Assembly: GCF_006345805.1 (NCBI RefSeq)
Contig: NC_043009.1
Location: 58,280,001-58,344,000 of the forward strand
DNA: 64,000 nt
DNA from: Octopus sinensis
Taxonomy: Eukaryota
Reading direction: 5' to 3'
Each line of letters starts with the position of its first letter. The stretch's first letter is position 1. Below, piece by piece: positions 26,987 through 39,725 of the stretch. A program made the position numbers and the translations under genes. The notes beneath the pieces were generated by a model. It was not told where the DNA came from. It saw only the letters and a list, made by a program, of their open reading frames with translations, and ran no database searches.

Positions 26987-27095
26987 AGAGGCATTTCGTC
27001 TTTACGTTCTGAGATCAAATCCCACTCAAGGCAACTTTGCGTCTATAACTTCGGGGTCGATCAAATACATCCTAATTTAGCACTGGGGTCGGTAA
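26987..27095 (+). mobile_element. SINE family B fragment
   Basis: ggcatttcgtctttacgttctgagatcaaat..ttcggggtcgat..gcactggggtcg. Confidence 0.7.
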
Positions 27096-27119
27096 AAACC
27101 GGACTTTCCTCTCGCTACG

Positions 27120-27420
27120 TAAGGAACTGGTCCTGCGCTAAATTTCGAAACTATATTATCTAAATCCGACTATTAGCAACAATGTCAATACCTCGCTCTT
27201 GCCCTAAAAGTATCACTACTTCCACAACAAATTCCATGGACATAAATCCTCAGCAGGTGGAGTGGCGCCTTTCTCTCCATCCGATAACTATATGACGTGA
27301 ATGGTCATTATCTCTTTCGAAATGGCAAATACAATCCCCTTAATCACACTCTTTCCCTTAATTGTAACTATGCAATCCTCTTAGACACACCTTCTTCCTC
27401 ACCTAACACGAATACAGGTT
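27120..27420 (+). mobile_element. Possible highly decayed CR1/L2/jockey-group LINE 3' end
   Basis: Fragments NNVNTSLLP*KYHY and LFPLIVTMQSS*THL loosely recall LINE ORF2 C-termini; weak. Confidence 0.25.
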
Positions 27421-27564
27421 TTCAAACCTCTCCCGCCCTCTTACGTAACCCTCCATGGCCACTTCCTCCCGTTTAACTAAATCCAATAGCATCCTCATAG
27501 TCACGAGGATGCTAATCCCGTTAACCCTCCCTTCCTTTCCTCCCCTTCATAAAATGATAATAAT

Positions 27565-27659
27565 CATCGTCCTCACCTCTATCATCATCATCATTATCAC
27601 CAGCATCATCATACACATAATCATCTTCGTTCTTGTCGTCCTCGTTGTCTTCATCAGCA

Positions 27660-27692
<33 letters not shown>

Positions 27693-27806
27693 TTCATCGC
27701 CGTCGTTGTTGCCACTCTCTTCATGATGGGTACGACGAAGACGACGACCAACACCACCGCCCGCCACCGTGACCACCGCCATGACCATAAACATCATCAT
27801 CGTTAA

Positions 27807-27849
<43 letters not shown>

Positions 27850-28023
27850 GACATCACCATCGCCAACATCACCATCGTCATCATCATTATCATTATCATC
27901 ATCATCATCATCATCATCATCATCGACATCCCCATCGCCAACATCACCATCATCATCATCATCATCATCGACATCACCATCGCCAACATCACCATCATCA
28001 TCATCATCATCATCATCACCACC

Positions 28024-28057
<34 letters not shown>

Positions 28058-28235
28058 TCATCACCATCATCATCGTCGTCGTCGTCGTCGTCATCACCAT
28101 CATCGTCATCATCATCATCATCGTTATCGTTATCATCATCGTTATCGTCATCATCATCGTCATCATCATCGTTATTGTCATCGTCATCGTCATCATCATC
28201 ATCATCATCATCATCACCATCGTTATCATCATCCA
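27565..28235. repeat. Long degenerate (ATC)n tract
   Basis: Read directly; includes three copies of catcgacatc.ccatcgccaacatcaccat. Confidence 0.95.
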
Positions 28236-28984
28236 TTAGTTTTATCTATTCCCAACCTAACTATATCCATGCAGTTATCGATCCAAATATCGTCGGTACG
28301 GGTGGATGCACCGAGAATTTTGTAATAATGTATATTAAATTTGGAAGGTTCATTTGGAGAAAAACGGAATTACAGTAACACAACAACAACAACAACAATA
28401 CCAATATCGCTATTATGAACAAGAAAACTAGCAACAAAAAAAAACAAATACCAAAGCAAACAATACAGAAGTACAATAAGAACAACAACAGCTCTGTGAT
28501 TAACATCAAAATGTAGCAATATGAACAATAACAACATTAGCGAGTGAGGAATGGTGGGAGCTGTTGGTATATCTAATAATAACAATTGTAGCATCACTAT
28601 TGATAACGAAAGCTGTAACGAATAGAATAGCTTCAACAACATTTCCAAGAACCAATATAGAATCTAAGAAGAACATCGTTCCACTAACAGCTACGCAGTG
28701 CCGGAAAATAACAACAACAACAACAACAACAATAACAACAAAAACAACAACGACAACAGTAACAATAAATAAATAGAACTATGAAAACTGAAATAAAATG
28801 ATTAACAACTATGTCCGCAGCAATAGCAATAGTAGCAGCAGCAGCAGCAGTAGCAGCAGCGGTAGCAGCAATAATAGCAACATAAAGGAAAAAGATAGAG
28901 CATCAACAACTAAATGTAACAAGAAATGAATGTAAAATATTTAACGAAAGTTGCAACAGGAACAACAACAGGAATAACAAAATA

Positions 28985-29031
28985 TAGGAATTATATCATA
29001 ATAATAATAATAAATAATAATAATAATAATA

Positions 29032-29078
<47 letters not shown>

Positions 29079-29127
29079 TAATAAATAATAATAATGATAT
29101 AATAATAATAATAATAATATAATAATA

Positions 29128-29171
<44 letters not shown>

Positions 29172-29179
29172 GTATAATA

Positions 29180-29233
<54 letters not shown>

Positions 29234-29335
29234 TTAATGATAATGATATGATAATAATAATAATAATAATGATAATGAATAATAATAATAATAGTAATAA
29301 TAATAGTAATAATAATAATAATAAAATAATAATAT

Positions 29336-29366
<31 letters not shown>

Positions 29367-29373
29367 GATAATA

Positions 29374-29405
<32 letters not shown>

Positions 29406-29439
29406 GTAATATAATAGTAATAATAATACTAATAATAAT

Positions 29440-29504
<65 letters not shown>

Positions 29505-29520
29505 AATAATAGTAATAATA

Positions 29521-29577
<57 letters not shown>

Positions 29578-29590
29578 GTAATAACAATGA
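28985..29590. repeat. ~600-bp (AAT)n tract
   Basis: Read directly; ends at ataatcctttc, the family B tail junction motif. Confidence 0.95.
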
Positions 29591-29660
29591 TAATCCTTTC
29601 GACCGGCTATTTTGGAGGAGGGGTAAGTCCTAAAGATTCCGCTAATTCACTACCTTATTA

Positions 29661-29850
29661 ACAATGGTTTTAAATTTTGGTACAAAGCCAGCAATTCCGA
29701 TGAGTGGCTAATTCGATTACATCGATCTCAGTGCTGCACTGGTCCATATTTTACGGACCCCCAAAGGAATTTGAATTAAGAACATAGCGGTAGACGATCT
29801 CCTGATAAGCATTTTGACCGGTGTTCTAACGTTTGTGCCAGCTCGCCGCC
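29661..29850 (-). mobile_element. SINE family B, internally deleted
   Basis: aaattttggtacaaagccagc..cgattacatcga..ctaacgtttgtgccagctcgccgcc. Confidence 0.8.
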
Positions 29851-29867
29851 TTCTTCTTAATAATGCT

Positions 29868-30073
29868 CTTTTACTCTTTTTCTTGTAACTGTAGCCATGC
29901 TGGAGCACCGCCTTTAGTCGAGTAAATCGACTCTAGGATTTATTCTTTGTAAGCCTGGTACTTATTCTATCGGGCTCTTTTGCCGAACCGCTAAGTTACG
30001 GGGACGTAACACACCAGCATCTATTGTCAAGCGATGTTGGGAGAGTCAAACACAGACACACAAACATATACGC

Positions 30074-30109
<36 letters not shown>

Positions 30110-30294
30110 ATATACATATATACATATATACAACGGGCTTCTTTCAGTTTCCGTCTGCCAAATCCACTCACAAGGCTTTGATCGGCCCGAGGAAATAGTA
30201 GAAGAGACTTGTCCAAGGTGCCACGCAGTGGGACTGAACATGGAACCATGCGGTTGGGAAGCAAGCTACTTGCCACACAGTCACTTCTGCACCT
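29868..30294 (-). mobile_element. SINE family A, full length
   Basis: Reverse complement of the consensus with an internal (CG)/(CA)n tract. Confidence 0.92.
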
Positions 30295-30509
30295 ATACTA
30301 ACTGACTTTTTATAGTTTTCGCACGGAGCTAGTTTATTTGGTGGGAGGGAGCCACATTTACTCCAGTATTTGACTATGATTGTATTCTTGTCGACCATCA
30401 GATGATAAAAGGTAAGGTCGTAACGATGAAATCTAAACTAAGAAGGTAATGGCTCGGAAGAATTGTTGATTACATATTTTCTAGCGTACTAAGGATTTTG
30501 TCAGCACGC

Positions 30510-31097
30510 TGACTGAGGCCTTATATGCGCAGCTGAAGAAAATCGTTAAGGACTATGTGAAGTGCATAATCGACAACACTGCCGACAGCGAAAAATGCAG
30601 AATGTGTGGAGAGAGAAGTGAAACGGTATGGCACATCGTTAGCAATTATCTGAAATTGGCACAAGGCGAATACAAACGACATGTGGCAAGTATGATCCCA
30701 TGAAGGCTCTGTGTAAATCATGGGACTACAAAGAACGATGACGTGGTATGAGAAAATCCAGAAGGTGTCACCGGAGCATGACAGCTGCAAAATCCTGTTG
30801 GATAATGATTCAGTGTGATCACCCGACCAGGCATCGGAAACCGGACATTGCTGTGGCGAATAAAAAAGAAAGAACATGCATGATAATCGACATAGCATGC
30901 CCCGGTGACAACAGGATCAATGTGAAAGAAGAAAAAATAATATAACTATGGCGATTTGAAATGGGAAATACGAAAGTTGTGGTCAATAAAGAGAGTAGAC
31001 GTGATACCAATAGTAATTGGTGTACTTGGAAGTATCAGCACTTAACTACCAGCATGGCTCAAAAAGATTGGTACAAATGTAAAAGTAGAACACCTAT
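30510..31097 (+). mobile_element. R4/Dong-clade non-LTR retrotransposon fragment (zinc knuckle + restriction-like endonuclease)
   Basis: With frameshifts reads KCRMCGERSETVWHIVSN (degenerate CCHC), IQCDHPTRHRKPDIAVANKKERTCMIIDIACPGDNRI (PD..D motif), YGDLKWEIRKLWSIKRVDVIPIVIGVLG. Confidence 0.88.
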
Positions 31098-31100
31098 AAA

Positions 31101-31320
31101 AATCCTTTCAACTATAGGCACAAGGCCTGAAATTTTGGTGAGAGGGCTAGTTGATTAGATCGACCTCAGTAGGCAACTGGTACTTATTTTATCAACCCCC
31201 CTCGACCCACCACAAAGGATGAAAGGTAAAGTCGATCGCGGTTGAATTTGAACTCAGAACTTAAAAGAACACCGACGAAAATCAGCATTGCTTGGAACTG
31301 CAAGTATTCTTCGCAGTGTT
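31101..31320 (-). mobile_element. SINE family B
   Basis: aatcctttcaactataggcacaaggcctgaaattt..aaaggatgaaaggtaaagtcga..tttgaactcagaac. Confidence 0.85.
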
Positions 31321-31469
31321 CTTGAAGCACGACCAGTAGACAAGTGTCACCTTTAATCTGCTGCCTGTGGACAGCTGACACTTTCCACCGTACCCAGCAA
31401 AACAAGCTGTGAATTTTCATCAAACACCACCACCAACAACAACAACAACAGCAACAACAATAATAATAA

Positions 31470-31660
31470 TTTTTCAAAATTTGGCACAAAGCCAGCAATT
31501 TCGAAGGAATTGTGTAAGTCGATTACATCGATGAAGGTGTACGTCATCCAAAAGGATGAAAGCCAAAGTCGTCCACGATAGTATTTGAACTTAGAATATT
31601 AAAGTGCCGGAAAATACGTCGTAAAATATTTTGGCCGACTCTCTAACGATTCTTCTTACT
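31470..31660 (-). mobile_element. SINE family B, degenerate
   Basis: aaaatttggcacaaagccagc..aagtcgattacatcga..aaaggatgaaagccaaagtcg..tttgaact. Confidence 0.75.
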
Positions 31661-32110
31661 AACCCCTCTATTAACAATCAAAATAATAACCACAGTAAGG
31701 ATATTGCGAACAAAAAGAATAACAAGACGAATAGAAAACAGCAGCAGTAAATACACAGCAACGGCAACAACAACTACAGCAATAAATAAATGTTAATACG
31801 AATAAGAGTAAATGAACAATATCAATAATAAAGAATAACAAGAGTAAATAAACTACTCAGAAACAACAGGAAGAAAGAAAAGACGAAATAACAACAACAA
31901 GAATGACAACATAAATATACAATAATGATGACAGCAGGAAAATACAAATACTAACAACAGCAGAAATGAAAACAATGCTAGTCGTAAATAATAGACTACA
32001 ACTGCAGATAGTCTTAAATAACATCCATGACAAATGCAGAAGCAACGAAAGTAATCATAAGATGAACAAAAATGGCGGAAATGATAATAGTGTCGCAGCG
32101 GATACTGCAA

Positions 32111-32444
32111 TACCTATTTCTTTATTACCCACACGGGGCTAAACACAGAGGGGACAAACAAGGACAGACATAGGTATTAAGTCGATTACATCGACCCCAG
32201 TGCGTAACTGGTACTTAATTTATCGACCCCGAAAGGATGAAAGGCAAAGTCGACCTCGGCGTAATTTGAACTCAGAACGTAACGGCAGATGAAATACCTA
32301 TTTCTTTATTACCCACAAGGGGCTAAACACAGAGGGGACAAACAAGACAGACATAGGTATTAAGTCGATTACATCGACCCCAGTGCGTAACTGGTACTTA
32401 ATTTATCGACCCCGAAAGGATGAAAGGCAAAGTCGACCTCGGCG
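32111..32444 (-). mobile_element. SINE family B tandem dimer, 184-bp period
   Basis: Near-identical units start tacctatttc at 32111 and 32295. Confidence 0.92.
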
Positions 32445-32790
32445 TGCTGCGCTGTGTCAAGGACGTCAGCAGCACTGGTCTGACACAACAGCAAAGGAGA
32501 TAATGATTTTTGAAAATGACCCATGGTGGCACATTTGGTTTATGTACAGTTAATGAAAACAGTTCATTTTATATGACTGGCGACTAATTTTGTTTATCCA
32601 AGAAGGCTGGAAGTTCTATGAAGAATATCTGTATGAGATTTGAACTTGAAACAACGAAGAGATATTATTTCGTATCAATGATATTTAGTTTAGAGTATGT
32701 TGATCTATCGAATTTTTAAAAGTCAGAATTCTGTAACACAAATAACCACAAACAAGGACCAGCACTTTGTGACGACAAGAGAAATGATAA

Positions 32791-32838
<48 letters not shown>

Positions 32839-33034
32839 AATCTTCATCATCATCAACAACAACAACACTTACAACAACATTAACAAAAGCTCCAACAAAC
32901 TTTTTAGTTCAAAGACAAGAACAACCTCAATACCATCAACAGGTAAAAGTAACAAGGATGGTAGTAACAACAAGGGTAATAGCAACAACATCAACGAATC
33001 TAAATCGGACAAGCGAAGAAGACACAACATTGAG

Positions 33035-33074
<40 letters not shown>

Positions 33075-33175
33075 ATACCCACACCACTCCCATCATCATC
33101 ATCACAACTAACTATTATTGATAATGATAATATTGATGATAATGTTAATACATTCATAATAATAATAACAACAAC

Positions 33176-33206
<31 letters not shown>

Positions 33207-35189
33207 TAATAATAATAATTAATAATAATAATAATAATAATAACAACAACAACAGCAATAATAATAATAACATTAAGGATGATAATTATAATTACAACCG
33301 TGATAAAAATGATTATTAACAATTCATCAATCTATCTTTTCTTTCCGTTCTTTTTCTTTCCTTTTTTTTTTACTATTTTTCAAGTTCTTTCGCTTTTCTT
33401 TCGATTTTTAGTTTTGCGTAAAGTTGTTTACTTTTTTTCTTTACCTTTAGTTTTCTTTGTTGTTGTTATATCGCCCAACCAATTTTCTATTGTTACGATA
33501 ACACTAATACCAGTTAAGCAGCAACAAAACAACAACAACAACAACAACAACAGCTGCAACATCATCATCAGCAGCAGCAGCAGTGTTAGTATTAGTATTA
33601 GTATTAGTCGTAGTAAAAAGTAGTAATGATAAAAGTGACGATAACCGTTCTAATAACGATGCTGACAACAACAAAAGCAGATGCCAGTGAAACAGCTACA
33701 ACTCAGTGACTATAGATAACTACACGATGCGCCGAACATTTCGCTTCGTTGATAACGATCGCCCTGTATTTTAGCTGTGTCTTTCCTTTTTCATCAACTT
33801 TTTTCTCTATTCGATTATCTCATCTTTGGGAAATTCTCTTGAAACACCTATCTTTGCAATCTTTCCGTCTCCAGGCCAAAGTTTTCCACGTAAGACTTTT
33901 CGCGTACGTATTCACGTAGTAAAGACGAAATCGCATATTCGCACACATTCGCACACATTCACACATTCACATATTCACACAGAAACGCAGAGAAACATAT
34001 ACATATACATAGACACATACGCAGAAGCGGCGCACGTTCATACAAAACAGGAATATATATTCACTCATGCATACGCATACATTCGTAAATGCACAAAATA
34101 TACATGCATACTCACACATATATATATATACTTGCATGCATACACACATAGATAAAGACATAGATGCATACGTACAAATATATATAAATATATATATATA
34201 TATGTGTGTATATGCATATATATATACACACATATATACATATATATACATACATATATATATATATATACATATACATATACACACATATAAATATATG
34301 TGTATGTATGTTTGGTTTTGTATATATATATATATGCGCATGTATACACTCATTGTTTATTTATTATATATATATATGTGTGTATGTGTCTATGTATGTA
34401 TGCATGTATATAGAGATAGATATGTAAGGATACATACACGTATGGCTACATAAGTATGCATATATATGGAAACATACATATATACATATATCTATTTCTA
34501 TTTACTTATCTCTCTACTGTCTCTCTGTCTCACTCTCTTCTCCATATATGTATGTATATATATAATATATAATATATATATATATATATATATAAATATT
34601 ATATATATATATATATATAAGATAGAGCGAGAGAGTGAGGAAGAGAGAGAAATGCTTGAGATTTTCTTGGTTATAACAAATAATTGCAGGAGACTTGATA
34701 AAGAATGCAATGTTAGTTTACATCGTATTAGTTTGTAAGATATATATTTTCTATATTAAGTGTAATCTAAATTATTGATAGACATTCCATCGTCAATTAT
34801 TCCAAATTGTCGAAATTATGAGAGAAGACTTCATTCCGAAACACTTAGACATTCAGACGTTATTTTAGACGCAGATAAGAAATTTATAGATGATCATGAT
34901 TGGTGTTAAGAGAAAAATAAATGAAAATAAAAGAAATTATCAAAATATTGTGCACGGGTTTTTCAAAATTTCTAAGACTTTAAGAAACCTTAGTTGAGCA
35001 AAAGAGAGAACTGATAATTCAAATAATATGAAAGCATTCTAAGAAAGGGACTATATTCAACTGGTAGTGAATTATTTTCTGCAAACACATGATTCACTTG
35101 CGAAGACGTATATTGTTAAAAAATCATAAAGAAGCCATGTTCTGAAATATGTGGCCATTCACAACTACTTCATTTTTAAGACAACTATA

Positions 35190-35371
35190 GGCGTAGGCGT
35201 GGCTGTGTGGGAAAACATGTTTATTTCCCAACCACATGGTCCCCAGTTCAACTCCAATGAATGGTATGTTAGGCAAGTGTTTTGCACTATATTCTAGGGC
35301 CGGATAAAGCCTTGTGAGCAGAGCTGGTTGACGGTGACGTCCTGTGCATATATAATATATATATATATATA

Positions 35372-35427
<56 letters not shown>

Positions 35428-35456
35428 TAATAATATATATATATATATTATAATAT

Positions 35457-35500
<44 letters not shown>

Positions 35501-35555
35501 ATATAATATATATATATTATATATATATATATATACTATATATATATTATATATA

Positions 35556-35610
<55 letters not shown>

Positions 35611-35815
35611 TATTTTATATTATATTTATATTTATGCGTGTGTATGTGTGCTTGTGTGTCTGTGTTTGTTCCACTAATATCGCTTGACAACCGATGCTGG
35701 TGTGTTTAGATCCAGTAACTTAGCGGATCGACAAAAGAGACCGATAGAATAAGCACTAAAGGCGGTGCTCCATCATGACCACAGTCAAATGACTGAATCA
35801 AATAAAAGAATAAAA
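35190..35815 (+). mobile_element. SINE family A with ~290-bp internal (TA)n expansion
   Basis: 5' half 35190-35340 and 3' half 35640-35815 flank the TA tract. Confidence 0.88.
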
Positions 35816-35834
35816 TATATGTATATATCGTTTG

Positions 35835-36025
35835 AACACCAGGCAAAATGCTTAGCGGCATTTCATCTATCGCTATGTTCTGAGTTCAAATTCTGCTGAA
35901 AGTCGACTGCCTTTCGTCCTTTTGGGGTCAGTAAAATAAGTACCAGTTACACACTGGAGTTGATGTAATCGACTTAGCCCTTTCCCAAACATGCTGGCCT
36001 TGTGCCAAAATTTGAAACCACTATT
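35835..36025 (+). mobile_element. SINE family B
   Basis: aaatgcttagcggcatttc..gttctgagttcaaatt..gcctttcgtccttttggggtc..ggccttgtgccaaaatttgaaacc. Confidence 0.85.
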
Positions 36026-36585
36026 ACAATAGTTCCTGATCTTCCAAACTAGCAGACTATGTGCTGAGCCCTGCTAGCTGTCTCTCCATCAGGCATTCTC
36101 TGATCATTGGACATGGTTGGCTTCTATTCATCATGCTATGGAATCATTATGGGTTGGCTCAAGTCATTTCTGGTGAACACTGACACAAATATAAGTAAGC
36201 CTCACGGATAATTAACATACAGAAATAATTAGTCTTGATCTTGCCTTAATTCCCAATATAAACTTGTTTCCTGATATTCTCAAAGCTTGCTTTCCTCGCT
36301 TTCGGGAAATGAGAAATGACAAAGGAATACCACCACAACTCACAGAAACACGAAGTCGGTGATTGATTCAGTTTCACCAAATTGTAATACAGAAAAACCT
36401 TCATTAAAATTACAATTTTTGAAAATAACACGAGGAGTTTTCTTAGTAATTAAATATCAAATCACACATCACCAGTCACATCTTTGTATGCAACGTTGCC
36501 AGGCCTCAAATACATTTCACAGCCAAATATTTGTAAAAATTTGTCAGACAATTTCATGATGCACCTAAATATATCTGATGACACA

Positions 36586-36815
36586 GGCGGCGAGCTGGCA
36601 GACACGTTAGCGCGTCGGGTGAAATGCTTAGCGGTATTTCGTCTGTCGTTACGTTCTGAGTTCAAATTCCGCCGAGGTCGACTTTTCCTTTCATCCTTTC
36701 GGGTCGATAAATAAAGTACCAGTTTCGCACTGGGGTCGATGTAATCGACTTAATCCCTTTGTCTGTCCTTGTTTGTCCCCTCTATGTGTAGCCCCTTGTG
36801 GGCAATAATGAAATA
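36586..36815 (+). mobile_element. SINE family B, full-length monomer (reference copy)
   Basis: tRNA-like head ggcggcgagctggcagacacgttagc..gttctgagttcaaattcc followed by a CORE-like domain cctttcatcctttcgggtcgataaataaagtaccag. CORE-SINEs (OR1/OR2) are described from octopus, but the exact family assignment is unverified. Confidence 0.92.
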
Positions 36816-37054
36816 TATATCTGATTACACAGTGTTTGGAAGATCTAGATTAACAAATCATTCAGTAACTTTAAAGGGTGAATCTCCTGTGGATTAGGAG
36901 GTTAGTCTGGTGCAGGCGGACAACATTCCCTGGACCATCCTTTGTAGATATCAATCTGACAATTAAATCAGAACAAAACAAAGTATTAGGCCACAAAAAA
37001 TACAGAGTGATTACTCACTGAAGGATCTTTGTATGGGTTGGAAGTCCAATACCA

Positions 37055-37137
<83 letters not shown>

Positions 37138-37139
37138 GT

Positions 37140-37188
37140 ACAGCATTGGTTGTCAAACGGTGGTGGAGTGACCAAACACAGACACACA

Positions 37189-37222
<34 letters not shown>

Positions 37223-37375
37223 CGGGCTTCATTCAGTTTTCGTGCACCAAATCCACTCCCAAACCTTGGTCGACTGGAGGCTGTAGTAGAAAACACTTGA
37301 TCAAGGTATGACTGAATCCTGAACCATGTGTTTGGTAAGCAAGGTATTTACTATACAGTCACTTCTGCACCTACA
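37140..37375 (-). mobile_element. SINE family A, partial
   Basis: cagcattggttgtcaa..(TA)n..cgggcttcattcagttt..caaatccactc..aaccatgtgtttggtaagcaag. Confidence 0.8.
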
Positions 37376-38574
37376 GGTAAAAAGATTGCTACCTTATATG
37401 TATATATACATAATCCTACGATATACTGATTTCCTTGTTGTCTACTTAATATGGCATTGTTCCTCAAAAACTCAACTTAATCTGTCTCATTTCTCTAGCT
37501 ACTTCATTAAGTGATTATTTTTATATGAACGTATCTTCCAAACGATATCTCATAACTATTGTTTTATTTTTTAATATACATTTTCTCTTTTAGTTCATAC
37601 AACTTTTGTAATGTATTCAATATCGACCTTTCTTATCGTATATTCTTCCTCATCATAATTTAAATATTTTGAATAACTACTTGCAGAATTCACTTTAGCA
37701 AGCAAAACTAATAATAAAATTTGAGCGATACCCAATAACAAAAGAGCAAAATGGTCAAGATAAATTTAATATTCCTCCACTGATGTTACACCAGACTTAA
37801 ACATCGTTCTTTATCGCGAACTGTAAGCAATATTTAATTTAAATATTTTAAGTATAATCATTTTTAAAACTTGTATAAAAATGTGCATTTATGTATAATA
37901 TATGTATCTACACACTCATAAACATACACAAACGTGTGTATGTGCATGTATCTGTGTGTGTCTGTGCAAGGTGTATAGATTGCTAAACGTATACTCGCCC
38001 GTTCACAGAAACTCTACGCTCTTTATATGGAAATGAACAAGATACTAATTTCTTCAAAGAATCAACAAGAAACGACGCAGGAAACTAAGTGACCCGATAA
38101 TTACTATGGATGAGAAAACTACCTAAGTATTGGCATTTCATTATCGTTGTTGCATTTGATCATTTATGCTGCAGCAACAAGAATTGTGCAGTCCGCTTCA
38201 AGCAAAATCAGTTTTATCTCGGCGGTCTGCGATTATGTATAACAAAAGTTCTACCTCCTCAGCAGAAAGGTAACGCGGGGCGAGCGAATCTATATGTGAT
38301 GGATGTAGTAAGATGGTTAGGGAGATCTATGCGTCTAAATGATGTCAAATCCACCTCAAACTAACGTTGTTGAATATTGTCTTTCTGCTTGTAGCAATAT
38401 GACCGATGGTAGTTGGATATCTTGCACGCAGTCGGCTGGAAATTCAATTACTAGCTAACATGCAGTAACTGGTTACCTAAAGTCGTTGAAGAGCAAGCAT
38501 GCTGAAATCACGTGGTCTAGCAGCTACATCACCGATACTAAATGCTTCTGCGCTTTGTTTGTTATATATATCTT

Positions 38575-38953
38575 TTCCACGGCACTCCGTCGGTTACGAC
38601 GACGAGGGATCCACTTGATCCGATGAATGGAACAGCCTGCTCGTCAAATCAACGTACAAGTCGCTGAGCTTTCTACAGTCACGTGTACACTTAATTTAGT
38701 TCTCTTGGAAATTCAGCGTAACAGAACATGACAAGGCTGGCCCTTTTAAATACAGGTACAACAGAAACAAAAAAGTGAGAGAAAGTTGTGGTGAAAGAAA
38801 TAAAGCAGGCTTCGCCACCAGCCCCCGCCAGAGCTTCGTGGAACTTCAAGTGTTTTCGCTCAATAAACACTCACAAAGACCGATCTGGGAATCGAAACCG
38901 CGATCCTATGACGGTGATTCCACTACCCTAACCACTAGGTCATTGTGCCTCCA
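38575..38953 (-). mobile_element. SINE with family C head and a different body
   Basis: 38775-38953 matches the head/middle of 20901-21199; 38575-38770 differs from that copy's 3' part. Confidence 0.7.
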
Positions 38954-39319
38954 AATTTCTTATATAGACGTATAATGTTTCTTATCACTATACGTCCATA
39001 TAAGGCGATATCCAAAGATGTATAACGCAGTAGTATGCCGTTGTAATAACATATCCATGTTAAGATATAATAGTTGGTATTCAGTATAAATACATTCATA
39101 TATACATACATAGACGCACACACACACAAACAAACATACACACGTACAAACGTACACACATACATATATACATATATACCTACGTACATATACACACATA
39201 TATAAGTATGAACGTACATATGTACATAGATATATGCATATATATATATGTATATTGTTTTTGGATTTGGTTGGCAAGGTACTTTATATGAGTTCGTGTG
39301 TTGATGCATATTCTTTTTG

Positions 39320-39498
39320 TGCCTTAGAATGTAACACACTCACCGGTAAAATTTCCACTTATTTCTTATTTTAATTGTCCTAAAATTTCCTTCTATAAAA
39401 GACAATTGCAAAGGTTGCAAACGCAAAGAAAATTTTAGGAAAATAAAAATAAGAAATAAGTGGAAATTTTACCGGTGAGTGTGTTACATTATAAGGCA
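39320..39498. repeat. Foldback (MITE-like) element, ~53-bp near-perfect arms
   Basis: tgcctta(g)aatgtaacacactcaccggtaaaatttccacttatttcttatttt / aaaataagaaataagtggaaattttaccggtgagtgtgttacatt(a)taaggca, plus inner cctaaaattt/aaattttagg. Confidence 0.9.
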
Positions 39499-39532
39499 TA
39501 AAACTAACATGACTCTCCCCAGACACAACAGA

Positions 39533-39572
<40 letters not shown>

Positions 39573-39574
<2 letters not shown>

Positions 39575-39725
39575 CGGGAAGGTTTACGAAAATAAACAAA
39601 AGACGAAGGCAGGTGGAGTACAAACAAACAAATGTATTAGTATGGCACTCAGGAATAGAAATAGAACAAGTCTTTTACATTTCGAGCCTACGCTCTTCGA
39701 CAGAAAGATACACTGAAAAAAAAAA
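39573..39725 (-). mobile_element. TA-adjacent short element type I (Penelope-like terminal remnant)
   Basis: Begins right after (TA)n; homologous to 48568-48750 (gacgaag.caggtgg.gtacaaa.caaac..tgtattagtat..cgtttcgagcctacgctctt). Confidence 0.6.
39671..39708 (-). ncRNA. Minimal type I hammerhead-like motif with variant core (CUGUCGA)
   Basis: Minus strand: TCTTT CTGTCGA A GAGC-gtag-GCTC GAAA TG TA AAAGA; 5-bp stem I and 4-bp stem II. Confidence 0.45.

Noticed and set aside
27721-28236. 171-aa poly-Asp ORF (acidic biomineral-like protein)
   Set aside because: Entirely within (ATC)n; several frames are open for the same reason and there is no non-repeat coding context.
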